A program made the translations under genes and the position numbers. Below the pieces are notes generated by a model. The model did not search any database and was not told where the DNA came from. It was given only the letters and a program-made list of their open reading frames with translations. From a virus, in IMG/VR virus record IMGVR_UViG_3300044846_004119, positions 113,136 to 177,135 of that record: a stretch of 64,000 nt of DNA; one strand, given 5' to 3'. Below, one piece after another: positions 20,180 through 30,140 of the stretch (within the stretch, counting starts at the first letter, position 1; each line of letters opens with the position of its first letter).

Positions 20180-21031
20180 ATGGAAACAGGAAAAATAATA
20201 AATGGAGATTGCATCAAGGTAATGAAAACATTATCTGATGGGTGTGTTGATTTGGTTGTGACATCACCACCATATAATTGCGGAATTAAATATGATACCC
20301 ACATAGATGACTTACCTATGGATAAATATTGGGGTTGGACAAGAGAATGGTTAACAGAAACTTACCGATTGATTAAAGATGACGGTAGAGTCTCAATTAA
20401 CATTCCCTACGAAGTGAATGTTCAAGATAGAGGAGGTAGAGTATTTTTTGTTTCAGAATTTTATCAAATAATGAAAGAGGTTGGATTTAAATTCTTTGGA
20501 ATCGTGGATTTAGAAGAAGATTCGCCACACAGAAGTAAGACAACCGCATGGGGTTCTTGGATGAGTCCTAGTTCTCCATATATTTATAATCCAAAAGAAT
20601 GTGTAATATTAGCTTATAAAAAACAACACATTAAAAAAGTTAAAGGTGAGCCAGAGTGGAAAGGAGTCCCAACTGAGATTGAACAGGAAGATGGGACATT
20701 AAAGAAAAAAATTGTATATGAGGAAAAAGATAAGAAAGAGTTTATGGAACTTGTATTTGGTCAGTGGAATTACTTTGCAGATACTAAATCACTCACCAAG
20801 GCAACTTTCTCGATGGACATACCAACAAAAGCAATTAAAATATTGTCCTACAAAAACGATGTAGTTCTTGACCCATTTGCGGGTAGCGGGACATCATGCG
20901 TTGCTGCGGAAATATTAGATAGACGATGGATAGGTATAGAACTAAGTCCTGACTACGCTGAGATTTCTCGTAAACGAATACAATCTTTTGTGGATAAGAA
21001 AAAACAACTTAAATTAGAATTTAATAAATAG
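20180..21031 (+). CDS. Beta-class site-specific DNA methyltransferase (N4-C or N6-A)
   Basis: VTSPPYN motif IV precedes VLDPFAGSGT motif I. Confidence 0.92.
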   Translation: METGKIINGDCIKVMKTLSDGCVDLVVTSPPYNCGIKYDTHIDDLPMDKYWGWTREWLTETYRLIKDDGRVSINIPYEVNVQDRGGRVFFVSEFYQIMKEVGFKFFGIVDLEEDSPHRSKTTAWGSWMSPSSPYIYNPKECVILAYKKQHIKKVKGEPEWKGVPTEIEQEDGTLKKKIVYEEKDKKEFMELVFGQWNYFADTKSLTKATFSMDIPTKAIKILSYKNDVVLDPFAGSGTSCVAAEILDRRWIGIELSPDYAEISRKRIQSFVDKKKQLKLEFNK

Positions 21032-21054
21032 GGGAATTTAATATCCCCTTTTTT
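21030..21054 (+). terminator. Rho-independent terminator
   Basis: AGGGGA-8nt-TCCCCT plus T-run. Confidence 0.65.
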
Positions 21055-21085
21055 GTTTTCATGATATTTATTATAAAAAATACAC

Positions 21086-22234
21086 ATGAAAGGAATGAAA
21101 CTTAATGAGTCTGAATTAAAAGACAGGATATTTCAAATTTATAAAGAGGAACAATATAAGATTCTTGAAGAAAAATGGAACAAATTATCTAAAGAAGATA
21201 AAATATTTGTTTTTGAATTTGCAAAAAAAATATACACTGAACAAACCAAGTTAATAAAAGAATCTAAATGGTATAATACTCTTGGTGATGTTGTCGGTAT
21301 CTTTGACCCAACAGGTATTGTTGATATTGTTAATGGTATTAGTTATTGGAGACAAGGTGATAAATTATATGCAATTCTTTCATTTGTTTCGGCAATCCCT
21401 TATTTAGGTGACCTTATCGCTAAACCTGTCATTGGTGTTATGAAATTAGGTGGTGGAGCCGCTAAAGCGTTTAAAGCAGCAACTTTAACTGGCGATGCCG
21501 TTAAAATTGCTGGTACGGCAAAAAGAGCTGGTGGACCTATTGCTAAGATGGTTGAGACTGCTCCAACTTGGGGTGAGAAATTAGTGACCGCTTTAAAAGG
21601 GTCTATTGGCCGAGTTCCTTTGTTAGGTTCTGGCTTAGTAAAAGTTATTGAAGAGTACGTCCAAATTTTTGGTAAAGCCGGAAAAGAAATGAAAGCGGGA
21701 ACTGAAATTGGTAAAGGTATTGTAAAAAGTGAAAAGGCGTTAAGCGCTGTTGAAAAAGAAGAATTATTAAAACAAATGAGTAAAGACCAATCTTTCAGAG
21801 GGTTTAGAGATTTAGGCACTGGAAAAAATAGTTGGTTAAGTTTTATGAAATCGGATGCAAGTTTAGGCGCTAAATTTTATGCGGGGGTTCCTAGAATTTT
21901 TGGTGGTAATCCTGCAACAAGGTCTTTGATGAAAAGAACTAAATTTTATGCGGGGTTTTTAGATTGGTTAGGTGTTGGAAATTTTGTTGGTCCTGATGAG
22001 CTTGAAAAAATGTACCCTGACGTTGAAAAACAGTATGAACAATACGCTCAATTACCCGAATCACAAAATTTATGGAATCAGGAGTTTGCCTCAGGACAAA
22101 CAACACAAACTACTGTAGCGTCCGAGTTACCATCATTGTCTACTGCAAAACAATCAACATCAACTGCGGTTAAAACAGATGCATTCACATCATTAATTAG
22201 TTCACTATTAGGTGGGGGAAAAGCGTTAGTATGA
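21086..22234 (+). CDS. Leader-tagged protein with pre-toxin-TG-like G/A-rich helical region
   Basis: MKLNESELKDRI leader; GDVVGIFDPTGIVDIVNGISYWRQGDKLYAILSFVSAIPYLGD. Confidence 0.7.
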   Translation: MKGMKLNESELKDRIFQIYKEEQYKILEEKWNKLSKEDKIFVFEFAKKIYTEQTKLIKESKWYNTLGDVVGIFDPTGIVDIVNGISYWRQGDKLYAILSFVSAIPYLGDLIAKPVIGVMKLGGGAAKAFKAATLTGDAVKIAGTAKRAGGPIAKMVETAPTWGEKLVTALKGSIGRVPLLGSGLVKVIEEYVQIFGKAGKEMKAGTEIGKGIVKSEKALSAVEKEELLKQMSKDQSFRGFRDLGTGKNSWLSFMKSDASLGAKFYAGVPRIFGGNPATRSLMKRTKFYAGFLDWLGVGNFVGPDELEKMYPDVEKQYEQYAQLPESQNLWNQEFASGQTTQTTVASELPSLSTAKQSTSTAVKTDAFTSLISSLLGGGKALV

Positions 22235-23637
22235 AAAACTTACTAAAAGAAAGTGGTATCAGAGATATCAATAAGTTAGCTAAACGTTATTCTAAAGCTG
22301 AAATTTATTTTCACCAAGATTTGGATGGCGTAACAACCGCACTTGCGATGAAAAAATACCTTGAAGACAATGGTATTAAAGTTGTTGATGCTCACGTTAT
22401 TCAATACGGGGATAAAGAGTTCTCGGTAAAGAAGAATGACGCTCAAGGTGATATTATGCCAGTACTTGTGGATTTTGCTCATGGTAAACCAATGTTTGTT
22501 ATCCATACAGACCACCACGATAGACAAGCGGGTGCGGAAGACACTAAATCAACTTCATTTAGAAGTTCACGTTCAAATGTTGAAACAATATCCCAGGTGG
22601 TATCACCTAATGAAATATTCTCACCTGAAGATATTCAATTAATATCTATGGTTGACTCAGCTAATTACGCGGCGAACGAAGTAACGGTTGACCAAGTAAT
22701 AAATTATTTATTCAAATTAGATAAAGATAAATCTTTGGGTAAAAACAAAACTGCCTTAGGTTTAGTTGCTAATAAGTTATTATTGGCGTTTAAAAATAAA
22801 CCAGGGTTTTTAGAAGAACTTGTTATGGTTGGAACCCCATCACTTATGAATCTTGTTACTAACATAAAAAGAATCATGATTGAAAAAGGTTACGCTACCG
22901 TACCCGAATTACAGAAAAACAAAGAAGGTTATATTGACCAAATGAAAAACCACCATAATGTTAAAATTGAAGGTAACATTATTGTTCAATACGGAGGTGG
23001 TAGTATGATGAAACCTGGTTCTTATGATAGATACACGCCCTTCAAAAATAACCCTGACGCTGATTTCTTAGTTATTGCTTGGCCATTAGGTTTAGTTCAA
23101 GCGTCTTGTAATCCTTATAAAAAAGAACGTGAGTTAAAAGGTGTTAACTTAGGTGAGATTGCTCAGGAAGTACTTGCTAAATGGGAGACTCAATTACAAG
23201 AAAGACAAATACCGTTATCAACAATTAAATGGATTTCTGAAGGTTCAAAAGGATTTGGTCCTGAATCAGTTGGGTTTACCTTTAAAGATTTTGTTGCGTT
23301 ATATGGTAACAATTTTAAAACAATGGAGAATGGTAAAAAACATTTAACTCAAATTGGTAAAATGATGGAAATTCCTTTTACTGAATTAAGCGAGGAAGAA
23401 ATGAAAATGTTAGATGGTGTCACAATTAATGCTTGGGATTTAATTCAAGCTAATAGTGGTGGACATAAATGTATCACGAACATTTCGGGGCTTAGTTATT
23501 TAGGTAGGTCTAAAAGACCGCCAGATGGAAAGTACAAGTATAATGCTGAGTCAGATGATTCTCCTTATGTGAAGTTTACTAAAATGGTTCAAAAAGAATT
23601 GGTAAATGTGTTACAGTCTAAAATTAATGAAGGTTAA
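22231..23637 (+). CDS. DHH-family phosphoesterase-like protein
   Basis: HQDLDG, VDFAH, TDHHD motifs. Confidence 0.7.
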   Translation: MKNLLKESGIRDINKLAKRYSKAEIYFHQDLDGVTTALAMKKYLEDNGIKVVDAHVIQYGDKEFSVKKNDAQGDIMPVLVDFAHGKPMFVIHTDHHDRQAGAEDTKSTSFRSSRSNVETISQVVSPNEIFSPEDIQLISMVDSANYAANEVTVDQVINYLFKLDKDKSLGKNKTALGLVANKLLLAFKNKPGFLEELVMVGTPSLMNLVTNIKRIMIEKGYATVPELQKNKEGYIDQMKNHHNVKIEGNIIVQYGGGSMMKPGSYDRYTPFKNNPDADFLVIAWPLGLVQASCNPYKKERELKGVNLGEIAQEVLAKWETQLQERQIPLSTIKWISEGSKGFGPESVGFTFKDFVALYGNNFKTMENGKKHLTQIGKMMEIPFTELSEEEMKMLDGVTINAWDLIQANSGGHKCITNISGLSYLGRSKRPPDGKYKYNAESDDSPYVKFTKMVQKELVNVLQSKINEG

Positions 23638-23975
23638 AAATTAACCTCATCACCGATTTGTAATCCTAATTTTTTTGCGGTACCCCCCATAATTTCTAAA
23701 ATTATATCACCTTCACCACAGTAATTAACACATTCATCTGTCGTACATGGGGAACAATTATGGTGTATTTTAGTTATGGTATTACTATCAATAAAAATAA
23801 TGTCTAACGGGATAATACAATTTTTCATCCAAAAACAATGTTCACCATCATCTATTAAAAATAACATACCATTATAGGAACTGTCAAATTTTTTACCCAT
23901 CATACCACTTTCAGTATCTTTTGGAGTAATAACTGTTTTAACTTTAAACTTATTGTTATTAATTTTTATTATCAT
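23634..23975 (-). CDS. DUF192-family protein
   Basis: GMMG..GMLF..FWMKNCIIPLDIIFID..LEIMGGTAKKLGLQIGD. Confidence 0.88.
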   Translation of the reverse strand: MIIKINNNKFKVKTVITPKDTESGMMGKKFDSSYNGMLFLIDDGEHCFWMKNCIIPLDIIFIDSNTITKIHHNCSPCTTDECVNYCGEGDIILEIMGGTAKKLGLQIGDEVNF

Positions 23976-24044
23976 ATTTAATAAATATCTTAAGTTTTTA
24001 TAATAAAATTTTAAAAATAGTTTTTCTTTTTGAAAAGTTTAATA

Positions 24045-24135
24045 TATTTATATCCTACAAAGCCCCAACGACCCCCTTTCTTGAGTTGGTTAATAATTAA
24101 ACCCTAACAGTGTAAAAATTGTTAGGGTTTTTAAT
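24045..24135 (+). ncRNA. Candidate small RNA or attenuator leader upstream of smpB
   Basis: TATTTATA, CCAAC/GTTGG stem with C-rich loop, then 11-bp hairpin 24099-24130; no ORF. Confidence 0.35.
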
Positions 24136-24145
24136 TTTTAATCAC

Positions 24146-24153
24146 TATCTTTG
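24146..24153 (+). promoter_or_regulatory. Bacteroidota -7 element TATCTTTG (smpB)
   Basis: 4 nt upstream of ATG 24158; same element at 24603, 25384, 36444, 39374, 44303, 44470, 46028, 61909. Confidence 0.7.
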
Positions 24154-24157
24154 CTTT

Positions 24158-24592
24158 ATGGGGACTCAAATCAGCATAATAAATCGTAAAGTTAAGTTCG
24201 AATATTCATTTATTGAAACTTTGATTGTTGGTATAAAATTGGTTGGTCCTGAAGTTAAATCAATTCGTAGTGGTAAAGTGTCATTAGTTGATGCTTATTG
24301 TTTTTTTATTGATAACGAGTTAGTAGTTAAAGGAATGAATATTCCAGAATATAAAATGGCGTATACTCACGAACCATTGCGAGATAGAAAGTTATTACTT
24401 AAGAAAAAAGAAATTGTTAAATTACAAAAAGAACTTGTTAAAGGATTAACATTGGTCCCATATAGAATATTTTCAAATGATAGAGGATTGTTGAAGATGG
24501 AAATAGTTTTGGGTAAGGGTAAAAAATTACATGATAAGAGAGAATCTATTAAAGAAAGAGATATTAATAGAGAAATTATGCGTGGCATTTAA
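24158..24592 (+). CDS. smpB: SsrA-binding protein SmpB
   Basis: NRKVKFEY, GIKLVGPEVKSIR, RDRKLLL, GLTLVP, GKGKKLHDKRESIKERD. Confidence 0.93.
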   Translation: MGTQISIINRKVKFEYSFIETLIVGIKLVGPEVKSIRSGKVSLVDAYCFFIDNELVVKGMNIPEYKMAYTHEPLRDRKLLLKKKEIVKLQKELVKGLTLVPYRIFSNDRGLLKMEIVLGKGKKLHDKRESIKERDINREIMRGI

Positions 24593-24630
24593 AAATTTTT
24601 TGTATCTTTGTAATCACAAACACCGATACT

Positions 24631-25374
24631 ATGACAGACGCATTAACACAAAAAAAAATTGCAAAAACTAAGTACCAAGACGCTAAGCGTAGTGCGTTAA
24701 GAAGTTATGACCAACAAAAGTTGGTAATTGACATTAAACAAAAAGTTTTTGAAGATTTTTATACCGATATGGTTAAAGTATCTCCTGATTTTGAATTGGT
24801 TAAAACTCAAAATTCTTTGGACTATAAAGTTTGGGTTAATTCATTTCCTGTTGAAACTTTAACATTAAATTATTTTGATTATGAAATTAAATACACAGGT
24901 AAATTACCTGAAGTAGTATCAAAAGGTAAAATTCGTATTGATGTTAGTGAACACTATGTTACTCCAAGAGGTTCGTGGAAACAAAAAAACTTGGGTTTTA
25001 AAATTAAAACTTTATTAGGTTATAATGAAGAAAGTCCATATTACAAATCTGGTAGAACTGTTGCTAAGAAAATAATTGAATATGTAGATTCTTTATGGGT
25101 AATTGAAAAAGACAGATTATTAAAACAAGATATAAGAAGCCGTGCCTTCAGAGAATTAATTGGCATGTTTAGTTTTTCTAGAGTTGATTTTGGTACACCA
25201 ACAACGCCAAACGACCCTAATACTTTTACAGTAACTAATGTTAATAAAACCAAGATTATTTTAGGGTACAGATATCGTTCTGTTAATGATAAGATTGAGT
25301 TTATTAAAAAGGATATCATTGTACCTAAAGAATTTAATTTAACTTCTTTAGTGGAAAAATTAGGAGAATTGTAA
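24631..25374 (+). CDS. Hypothetical protein
   Basis: 247-aa ORF with TATCTTTG promoter at 24603. Confidence 0.8.
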   Translation: MTDALTQKKIAKTKYQDAKRSALRSYDQQKLVIDIKQKVFEDFYTDMVKVSPDFELVKTQNSLDYKVWVNSFPVETLTLNYFDYEIKYTGKLPEVVSKGKIRIDVSEHYVTPRGSWKQKNLGFKIKTLLGYNEESPYYKSGRTVAKKIIEYVDSLWVIEKDRLLKQDIRSRAFRELIGMFSFSRVDFGTPTTPNDPNTFTVTNVNKTKIILGYRYRSVNDKIEFIKKDIIVPKEFNLTSLVEKLGEL

Positions 25375-25408
25375 AAAACTCAGTATATTTGTAGAAACAA
25401 TTAAGGAT

Positions 25409-25684
25409 ATGAACACACAGACATACAACATCAGAATCGAGAACGAGAAATTTGGTAAACTTTTGAATGAAACATTCATTGATGGAATCCAATTCAAATT
25501 ATTTTTGAAGATGGTTAGTGGATGTTTAGAGTTAAAAAATGACTTAACATTTTTCAACGGAACCGATTTCTTAATCAACATTCCTTACAAATTTTTAAAG
25601 GATTCAATTATTGTTACATCAACTAACGAGTTCACTTTGGCTGACCATGCAAAAAGCAAAATTGAAGCGTTAGTTACTAAATAA
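25409..25684 (+). CDS. Hypothetical protein
   Basis: 91-aa ORF with TATATTTG at 25384. Confidence 0.75.
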   Translation: MNTQTYNIRIENEKFGKLLNETFIDGIQFKLFLKMVSGCLELKNDLTFFNGTDFLINIPYKFLKDSIIVTSTNEFTLADHAKSKIEALVTK

Positions 25685-25692
25685 AATAAATT

Positions 25693-25935
25693 ATGAGCAT
25701 TGAAACAGGATTATTAATCTCAATTTTAGCATCACTTTATATCATCTATAAGTTTTGGAAAAAAATTCTTAAAACTTTGTTGATTATTACAGTACTTTTT
25801 TTTGTTTTTTTAGTAATTAAAGTAAAAAGTGTTTACGATAAATTAATTTCAAAAGATACTATTGAACAACCTAGTGAAACAATTCTTAATAAAAAAGAAC
25901 TTAATAAAGTTTGGGAATTAATTACTAAAGAATAA
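25693..25935 (+). CDS. Small membrane protein
   Basis: Two hydrophobic segments. Confidence 0.7.
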   Translation: MSIETGLLISILASLYIIYKFWKKILKTLLIITVLFFVFLVIKVKSVYDKLISKDTIEQPSETILNKKELNKVWELITKE

Positions 25936-26085
25936 TAAAAAAATGTCTTTTATTAATATAAGAACAATTTTGTTAATAAAAATGTTGATGGTTTTAGAGT
26001 TTTACCTGTTTCTGAATTCTCATAATATATTGTTTCCTTGTTTAAAAAAATAAGGTGGTGGTGTCTGACATAACCTGTCGGCCCT

Positions 26086-26112
26086 AAAGGAGACTTAGGT
26101 CTCCTTTTTTTT
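26086..26112 (+). terminator. Rho-independent terminator
   Basis: AAAGGAGAC-ttag-GTCTCCTTT plus T-run. Confidence 0.75.
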
Positions 26113-26142
26113 GTTTTAATGATATTTATAACTAAAACAATT

Positions 26143-26463
26143 ATGGCTAAAGATATTATTATTTCGGAAAAACAATTAGAACTGTTAGTTAATGGCGTTA
26201 AAAAAGGAAATATACAAGAGCACGGACAAGAAGGGTCTTATATGGCAAAACAACAATTATTCACTATTGCAACATTAGCACATGCTATGTGGGAAAAAAT
26301 GGAACAAGGTGAACAACTTGAGGATTGGATGGAGACTAAACTTGCTCAGGCCGAACAAAGTGTTGTTAGTGTTGTTAAGACATATATGTATGACGAATTT
26401 GAGTCTAAAGACTCTGAAGGTATGGGTAAATTAAATTACGATGAAATAGTAATTGGTAAATAA
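26143..26463 (+). CDS. Leader-tagged small protein
   Basis: MAKDIIISEKQL leader behind TATTTATA 26123; IQE then EGSYMAKQQL module. Confidence 0.75.
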   Translation: MAKDIIISEKQLELLVNGVKKGNIQEHGQEGSYMAKQQLFTIATLAHAMWEKMEQGEQLEDWMETKLAQAEQSVVSVVKTYMYDEFESKDSEGMGKLNYDEIVIGK

Positions 26464-26522
26464 TTAGAAAATACTTTTACATTTAAAAACTTTTGTTTTA
26501 TTATTAAGACAAAAGTTTTTTT

Positions 26523-27419
26523 ATGAGTAAAATTATAGTAACAGGTGGGTTAGGTTTTATTGGGTCACATTTTGTAAATTATGTTAGAGAAAATACATAC
26601 CACAAAGTATTAATTATTGATAAACTTACATACGCAGGTAATCTTAATAATCTTATATTACCAACCGATTATTTAAAAAAAGATATATGTGATGTGATAC
26701 CTGAGGATTTAGGTGACTACGATTACATAGTTAATTTTGCTGCTGAGTCACACGTTGACAATTCAATTAAAGACGGATTACCATTTGTTAAATCAAATGT
26801 ACAAGGTACCTTCAACATGATTGAGGTCGCAAGAAAAAACAAAAACCTAATTAAATTCTTACACATTTCAACGGACGAAGTTTATGGTGATATAGATGAG
26901 TATTCAGCAATTGAATCCGATAACATTATTCCAAGTTCATATTATTCTGCAACTAAAGCATCTGCCGATATGTTGGTAATGTCTGCAGGAAGAACATATG
27001 GGTTTCCATATTTAATCACACGTACTTGTAATAATTACGGGGAAAATCAACACCACGAAAAATTTATACCAAAGATTATTAGGTCAATTAAAAACGGTGA
27101 TGAGGTACCGGTGTATGGTGATGGTGAACAAGTTAGGGAGTGGATACATGCTGATGATAACGCAAAATCAATATTAACCTTATTAATGTCGGATGAAGTT
27201 AATGAAATATATAATATTGGAACTGGAGAATCATACACTAACAACCAAATAATCAAAATGATTGGTGATATATTAGGTAAGGATGTTAAATTTAAATACG
27301 TTGAGGATAGACTAGGCCACGATAGAAGATATTCATTAAGTTCTTTAAAATATGAAAACAAATTTGGTGTAATGCAAAATACTAAACTAACCGAATGGTT
27401 AAAAAAAATAATTAAATAA
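26523..27419 (+). CDS. rfbB: dTDP-glucose 4,6-dehydratase (RmlB)
   Basis: VTGGLGFIGSHF, NFAAESHVDNSI, HISTDEVYG, YSATK. Confidence 0.93.
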   Translation: MSKIIVTGGLGFIGSHFVNYVRENTYHKVLIIDKLTYAGNLNNLILPTDYLKKDICDVIPEDLGDYDYIVNFAAESHVDNSIKDGLPFVKSNVQGTFNMIEVARKNKNLIKFLHISTDEVYGDIDEYSAIESDNIIPSSYYSATKASADMLVMSAGRTYGFPYLITRTCNNYGENQHHEKFIPKIIRSIKNGDEVPVYGDGEQVREWIHADDNAKSILTLLMSDEVNEIYNIGTGESYTNNQIIKMIGDILGKDVKFKYVEDRLGHDRRYSLSSLKYENKFGVMQNTKLTEWLKKIIK

Positions 27420-27425
27420 ATAAAA

Positions 27426-27647
27426 ATGGTAGAAAAACAAAACAGATTACTTAATGCGTTAGACGCAAAATATCGAGCGGAAATAATGGACGCTTTAGCA
27501 AGATTAGAAGTTTACGTAACTTCACCCGTTGCAATTGGGGAACATCCACAACATACTGAAGAAATGGATAAATTAATTGAACAGTATGCAAATGCTAAAG
27601 ATAAAGCTGAATCATTAATGATTATGAAAGCGGAATTAGGATTTTAA
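27426..27647 (+). CDS. Hypothetical small helical protein
   Basis: 73-aa ORF. Confidence 0.7.
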   Translation: MVEKQNRLLNALDAKYRAEIMDALARLEVYVTSPVAIGEHPQHTEEMDKLIEQYANAKDKAESLMIMKAELGF

Positions 27648-27677
27648 ATGAGTTAATTTAAACAAATAATAAATAAT

Positions 27678-28199
27678 ATGGAAGAAGGTTTATTAATACA
27701 TAATTCAGTATTCAAAGATAGTCGAGGAACATTTGCACCTTTACCTTTAAAATTTGATGAAAGTAACTTATCTGTTTTACGTAAAGATTGGGTACAAAGT
27801 AATATTAGTGTTAACCCTAATAAATTTACGTTTAGAGGATTACATTTTCAAGTTGGTGAGTTCGCTCAGTCAAAGTTAGTTAAGGTCATTACGGGGAAGA
27901 TAATCGACTTCATCGTTGATATTAGACCTAATTCGCCTAACTATCTAAAGACTTATGAGTTTGTTGTAGAACCTAACAATGAATTGTTTGTCCCTAAAGG
28001 ATTTGCCCACGGGTTTATAACTACTGAGGATAACACGGTAGTTCAGTACTTGGTAGACAATGATTACTCACCATTAAAGGAGGGTTCCATTTTTTGGGCT
28101 GACTTTAATTTAGTTAAACAAACCGTAGAACGAGTGATTGAGGATAATGAGTTAACAATTTCAACAAAGGATTTGGTAACTAAAAATTTTAATGTATAA
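27678..28199 (+). CDS. rfbC: dTDP-4-dehydrorhamnose 3,5-epimerase (RmlC)
   Basis: FKDSRGTF, RGLHFQ, QSKLV, IVDIRPNSP, VPKGFAHGF. Confidence 0.93.
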   Translation: MEEGLLIHNSVFKDSRGTFAPLPLKFDESNLSVLRKDWVQSNISVNPNKFTFRGLHFQVGEFAQSKLVKVITGKIIDFIVDIRPNSPNYLKTYEFVVEPNNELFVPKGFAHGFITTEDNTVVQYLVDNDYSPLKEGSIFWADFNLVKQTVERVIEDNELTISTKDLVTKNFNV

Positions 28200-28458
28200 T
28201 CAAGCGATAAAATTTCATGAGAATAAGACAATACCAATTGAACTACCAAGTCCAACAGGCACAACTTCTGTTGATATAAAGTTAAAAAGTGGGAAGAATG
28301 ACCTCAGTTTTATTGTTGAAGTTTATAGAACCAAGGATATTAATGGTTTAACTAATAAAGTAATACAACACTATATCTACAAACAATTATCATTGTATCT
28401 AACATTATTCTCAATCGATGACGAATATAACATAGAGACTTTTAATTTTATTGATTGA
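28192..28458 (+). CDS. Hypothetical protein
   Basis: 88-aa ORF. Confidence 0.65.
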   Translation: MYNQAIKFHENKTIPIELPSPTGTTSVDIKLKSGKNDLSFIVEVYRTKDINGLTNKVIQHYIYKQLSLYLTLFSIDDEYNIETFNFID

Positions 28459-28485
28459 TAAGATATTTATAGTGAAAACATTACT

Positions 28486-28929
28486 ATGAAAAATGAAATT
28501 TTAAAAGATAAAATATTTGAGGTTATTAAACAACAAGAATTATTAACCGAACAAAAAACAGGTACTAAAGATTTTATTGAGATGGTTTCTCTGTTATTTC
28601 ACTCTAGAACTCAAGCACATACATTACATTTACAGACCAAATCATTTGCTGAACATAGTGCATTAAATGGGTATTATGACGAAATTGGAGGATTGGTTGA
28701 TGGGATTATAGAATCATACCAAGGTAAATATAGTATCCTCAAAGGGTATAAAAAATACGATATTGAAGATTATAAAGACTCAACAACCACAATTAATTAT
28801 TTTAAAGACCTTTGTGGACAAGTTAATGATTTAAGAGATTGTTGTAAAGATTCTTATATTCAAAATCAAATTGATACTGTTTGTGAATTAATTAACTCAA
28901 CATTATATAAATTAAGATTTTTAAAATAA
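28486..28929 (+). CDS. Ferritin/Dps-like phage protein (DUF5856-like)
   Basis: AHTLHLQTKSFAEHSALNGYYDEIGGLVDGIIESYQGKY; LLTE leader site. Confidence 0.7.
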   Translation: MKNEILKDKIFEVIKQQELLTEQKTGTKDFIEMVSLLFHSRTQAHTLHLQTKSFAEHSALNGYYDEIGGLVDGIIESYQGKYSILKGYKKYDIEDYKDSTTTINYFKDLCGQVNDLRDCCKDSYIQNQIDTVCELINSTLYKLRFLK

Positions 28930-28949
28930 TTAAATCAATATTTATTTTT

Positions 28950-30137
28950 ATGAATAAACGAGAAATTCTTAACGATTTAATTAAAAAAATAATTTCATGT
29001 AATACTCAACATGAACTTAAAGAAATTGTTAAAGATATTAATGATTTTATTAATGATTATTCTATTGTCAATAATTCTAATGAGTATAAGAGGCTCAAAA
29101 ATGCCGTTGGAATTATGAGAATAAAACTAAAAAAAGATTTTAAGATTGATGAGTCAAAAACAATTCGTGTTACTGAGTTTGACTTAGTTAAAATTGTTAA
29201 ATTAATTATTAAAGAACAACTTGAAGGTCAAGGAGAAAATCCTTTGTCGGAAAAAGAGATTAGGTTATTCAAATATCTTAATAAAAATAAACAAGATATG
29301 GGTAACCAATCTAAAATGTTAGCTTTTGTTAAAACCATGATGCCTTTTGTGGGGAGACCTGAATCTGATGCAAGATTCTATTACGAAATTTATACCGCGA
29401 ACTACAGACCTGATGGTGATTACGAGAATTTAGATAAGACAACTTTCAGAAACTTCAAAGAGTTTAAACAAAGAAGAACGCCAAACAATAACGCGTACCA
29501 ATTCAGTAGCGCTAAAATTCCTTTTAAAGGTTCTAATATTGAAGGGTATTGGGATGTTAATAGAAAAAATGAATGGTATTATGTTGTTAAGTCTTATGGT
29601 TGGTATCCAGTTTATTTATTCATTAACAATCAATGGTATGTAGTTAGTAATACCTATTCATCATCAACATCTAAACAAATGTCACACGCTAATCCTGTAA
29701 GATATAATTCAGGTTTAGATGCTAAAGTTATTAGTGTAACAAAGGAAGAAATCCAAAATCTTATTAACGGAAAAAGTTTAGATGATGTTAAATCCGAAAG
29801 AGTAACTAATTTTGGTGATAAATTTGCTAGTTCTTTAATTGGTACTAAAAAATTATTAACTATTGATTTTGGATGGGGTGATAACAGAAAGAAAGTTAAT
29901 TATACTATCACAGACGTTAAGAATGACGGTGGTAAAATTAAAATTGACATCACTATTAATAAAGCAGGTACCGTTGAAGGTACAAATAAGATGGTTGTTA
30001 ATCCTGAAGGTTATGTACACCCAAGCCCTTTCTCAGAAGATTTGGAAAATGGTATTGAGTTAAAAATAATTTCTGATAATAAAGATTATTTAACTGATGA
30101 TAATACTGAGTTTACTTTTCATCACCCCTCAAAATAA
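28950..30137 (+). CDS. Hypothetical protein with internal leader (IRVTEFDLVKIVKLIIKEQ)
   Basis: 395-aa ORF; TATTTAT at 28939. Confidence 0.8.
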   Translation: MNKREILNDLIKKIISCNTQHELKEIVKDINDFINDYSIVNNSNEYKRLKNAVGIMRIKLKKDFKIDESKTIRVTEFDLVKIVKLIIKEQLEGQGENPLSEKEIRLFKYLNKNKQDMGNQSKMLAFVKTMMPFVGRPESDARFYYEIYTANYRPDGDYENLDKTTFRNFKEFKQRRTPNNNAYQFSSAKIPFKGSNIEGYWDVNRKNEWYYVVKSYGWYPVYLFINNQWYVVSNTYSSSTSKQMSHANPVRYNSGLDAKVISVTKEEIQNLINGKSLDDVKSERVTNFGDKFASSLIGTKKLLTIDFGWGDNRKKVNYTITDVKNDGGKIKIDITINKAGTVEGTNKMVVNPEGYVHPSPFSEDLENGIELKIISDNKDYLTDDNTEFTFHHPSK

Positions 30138-30140
30138 GGT

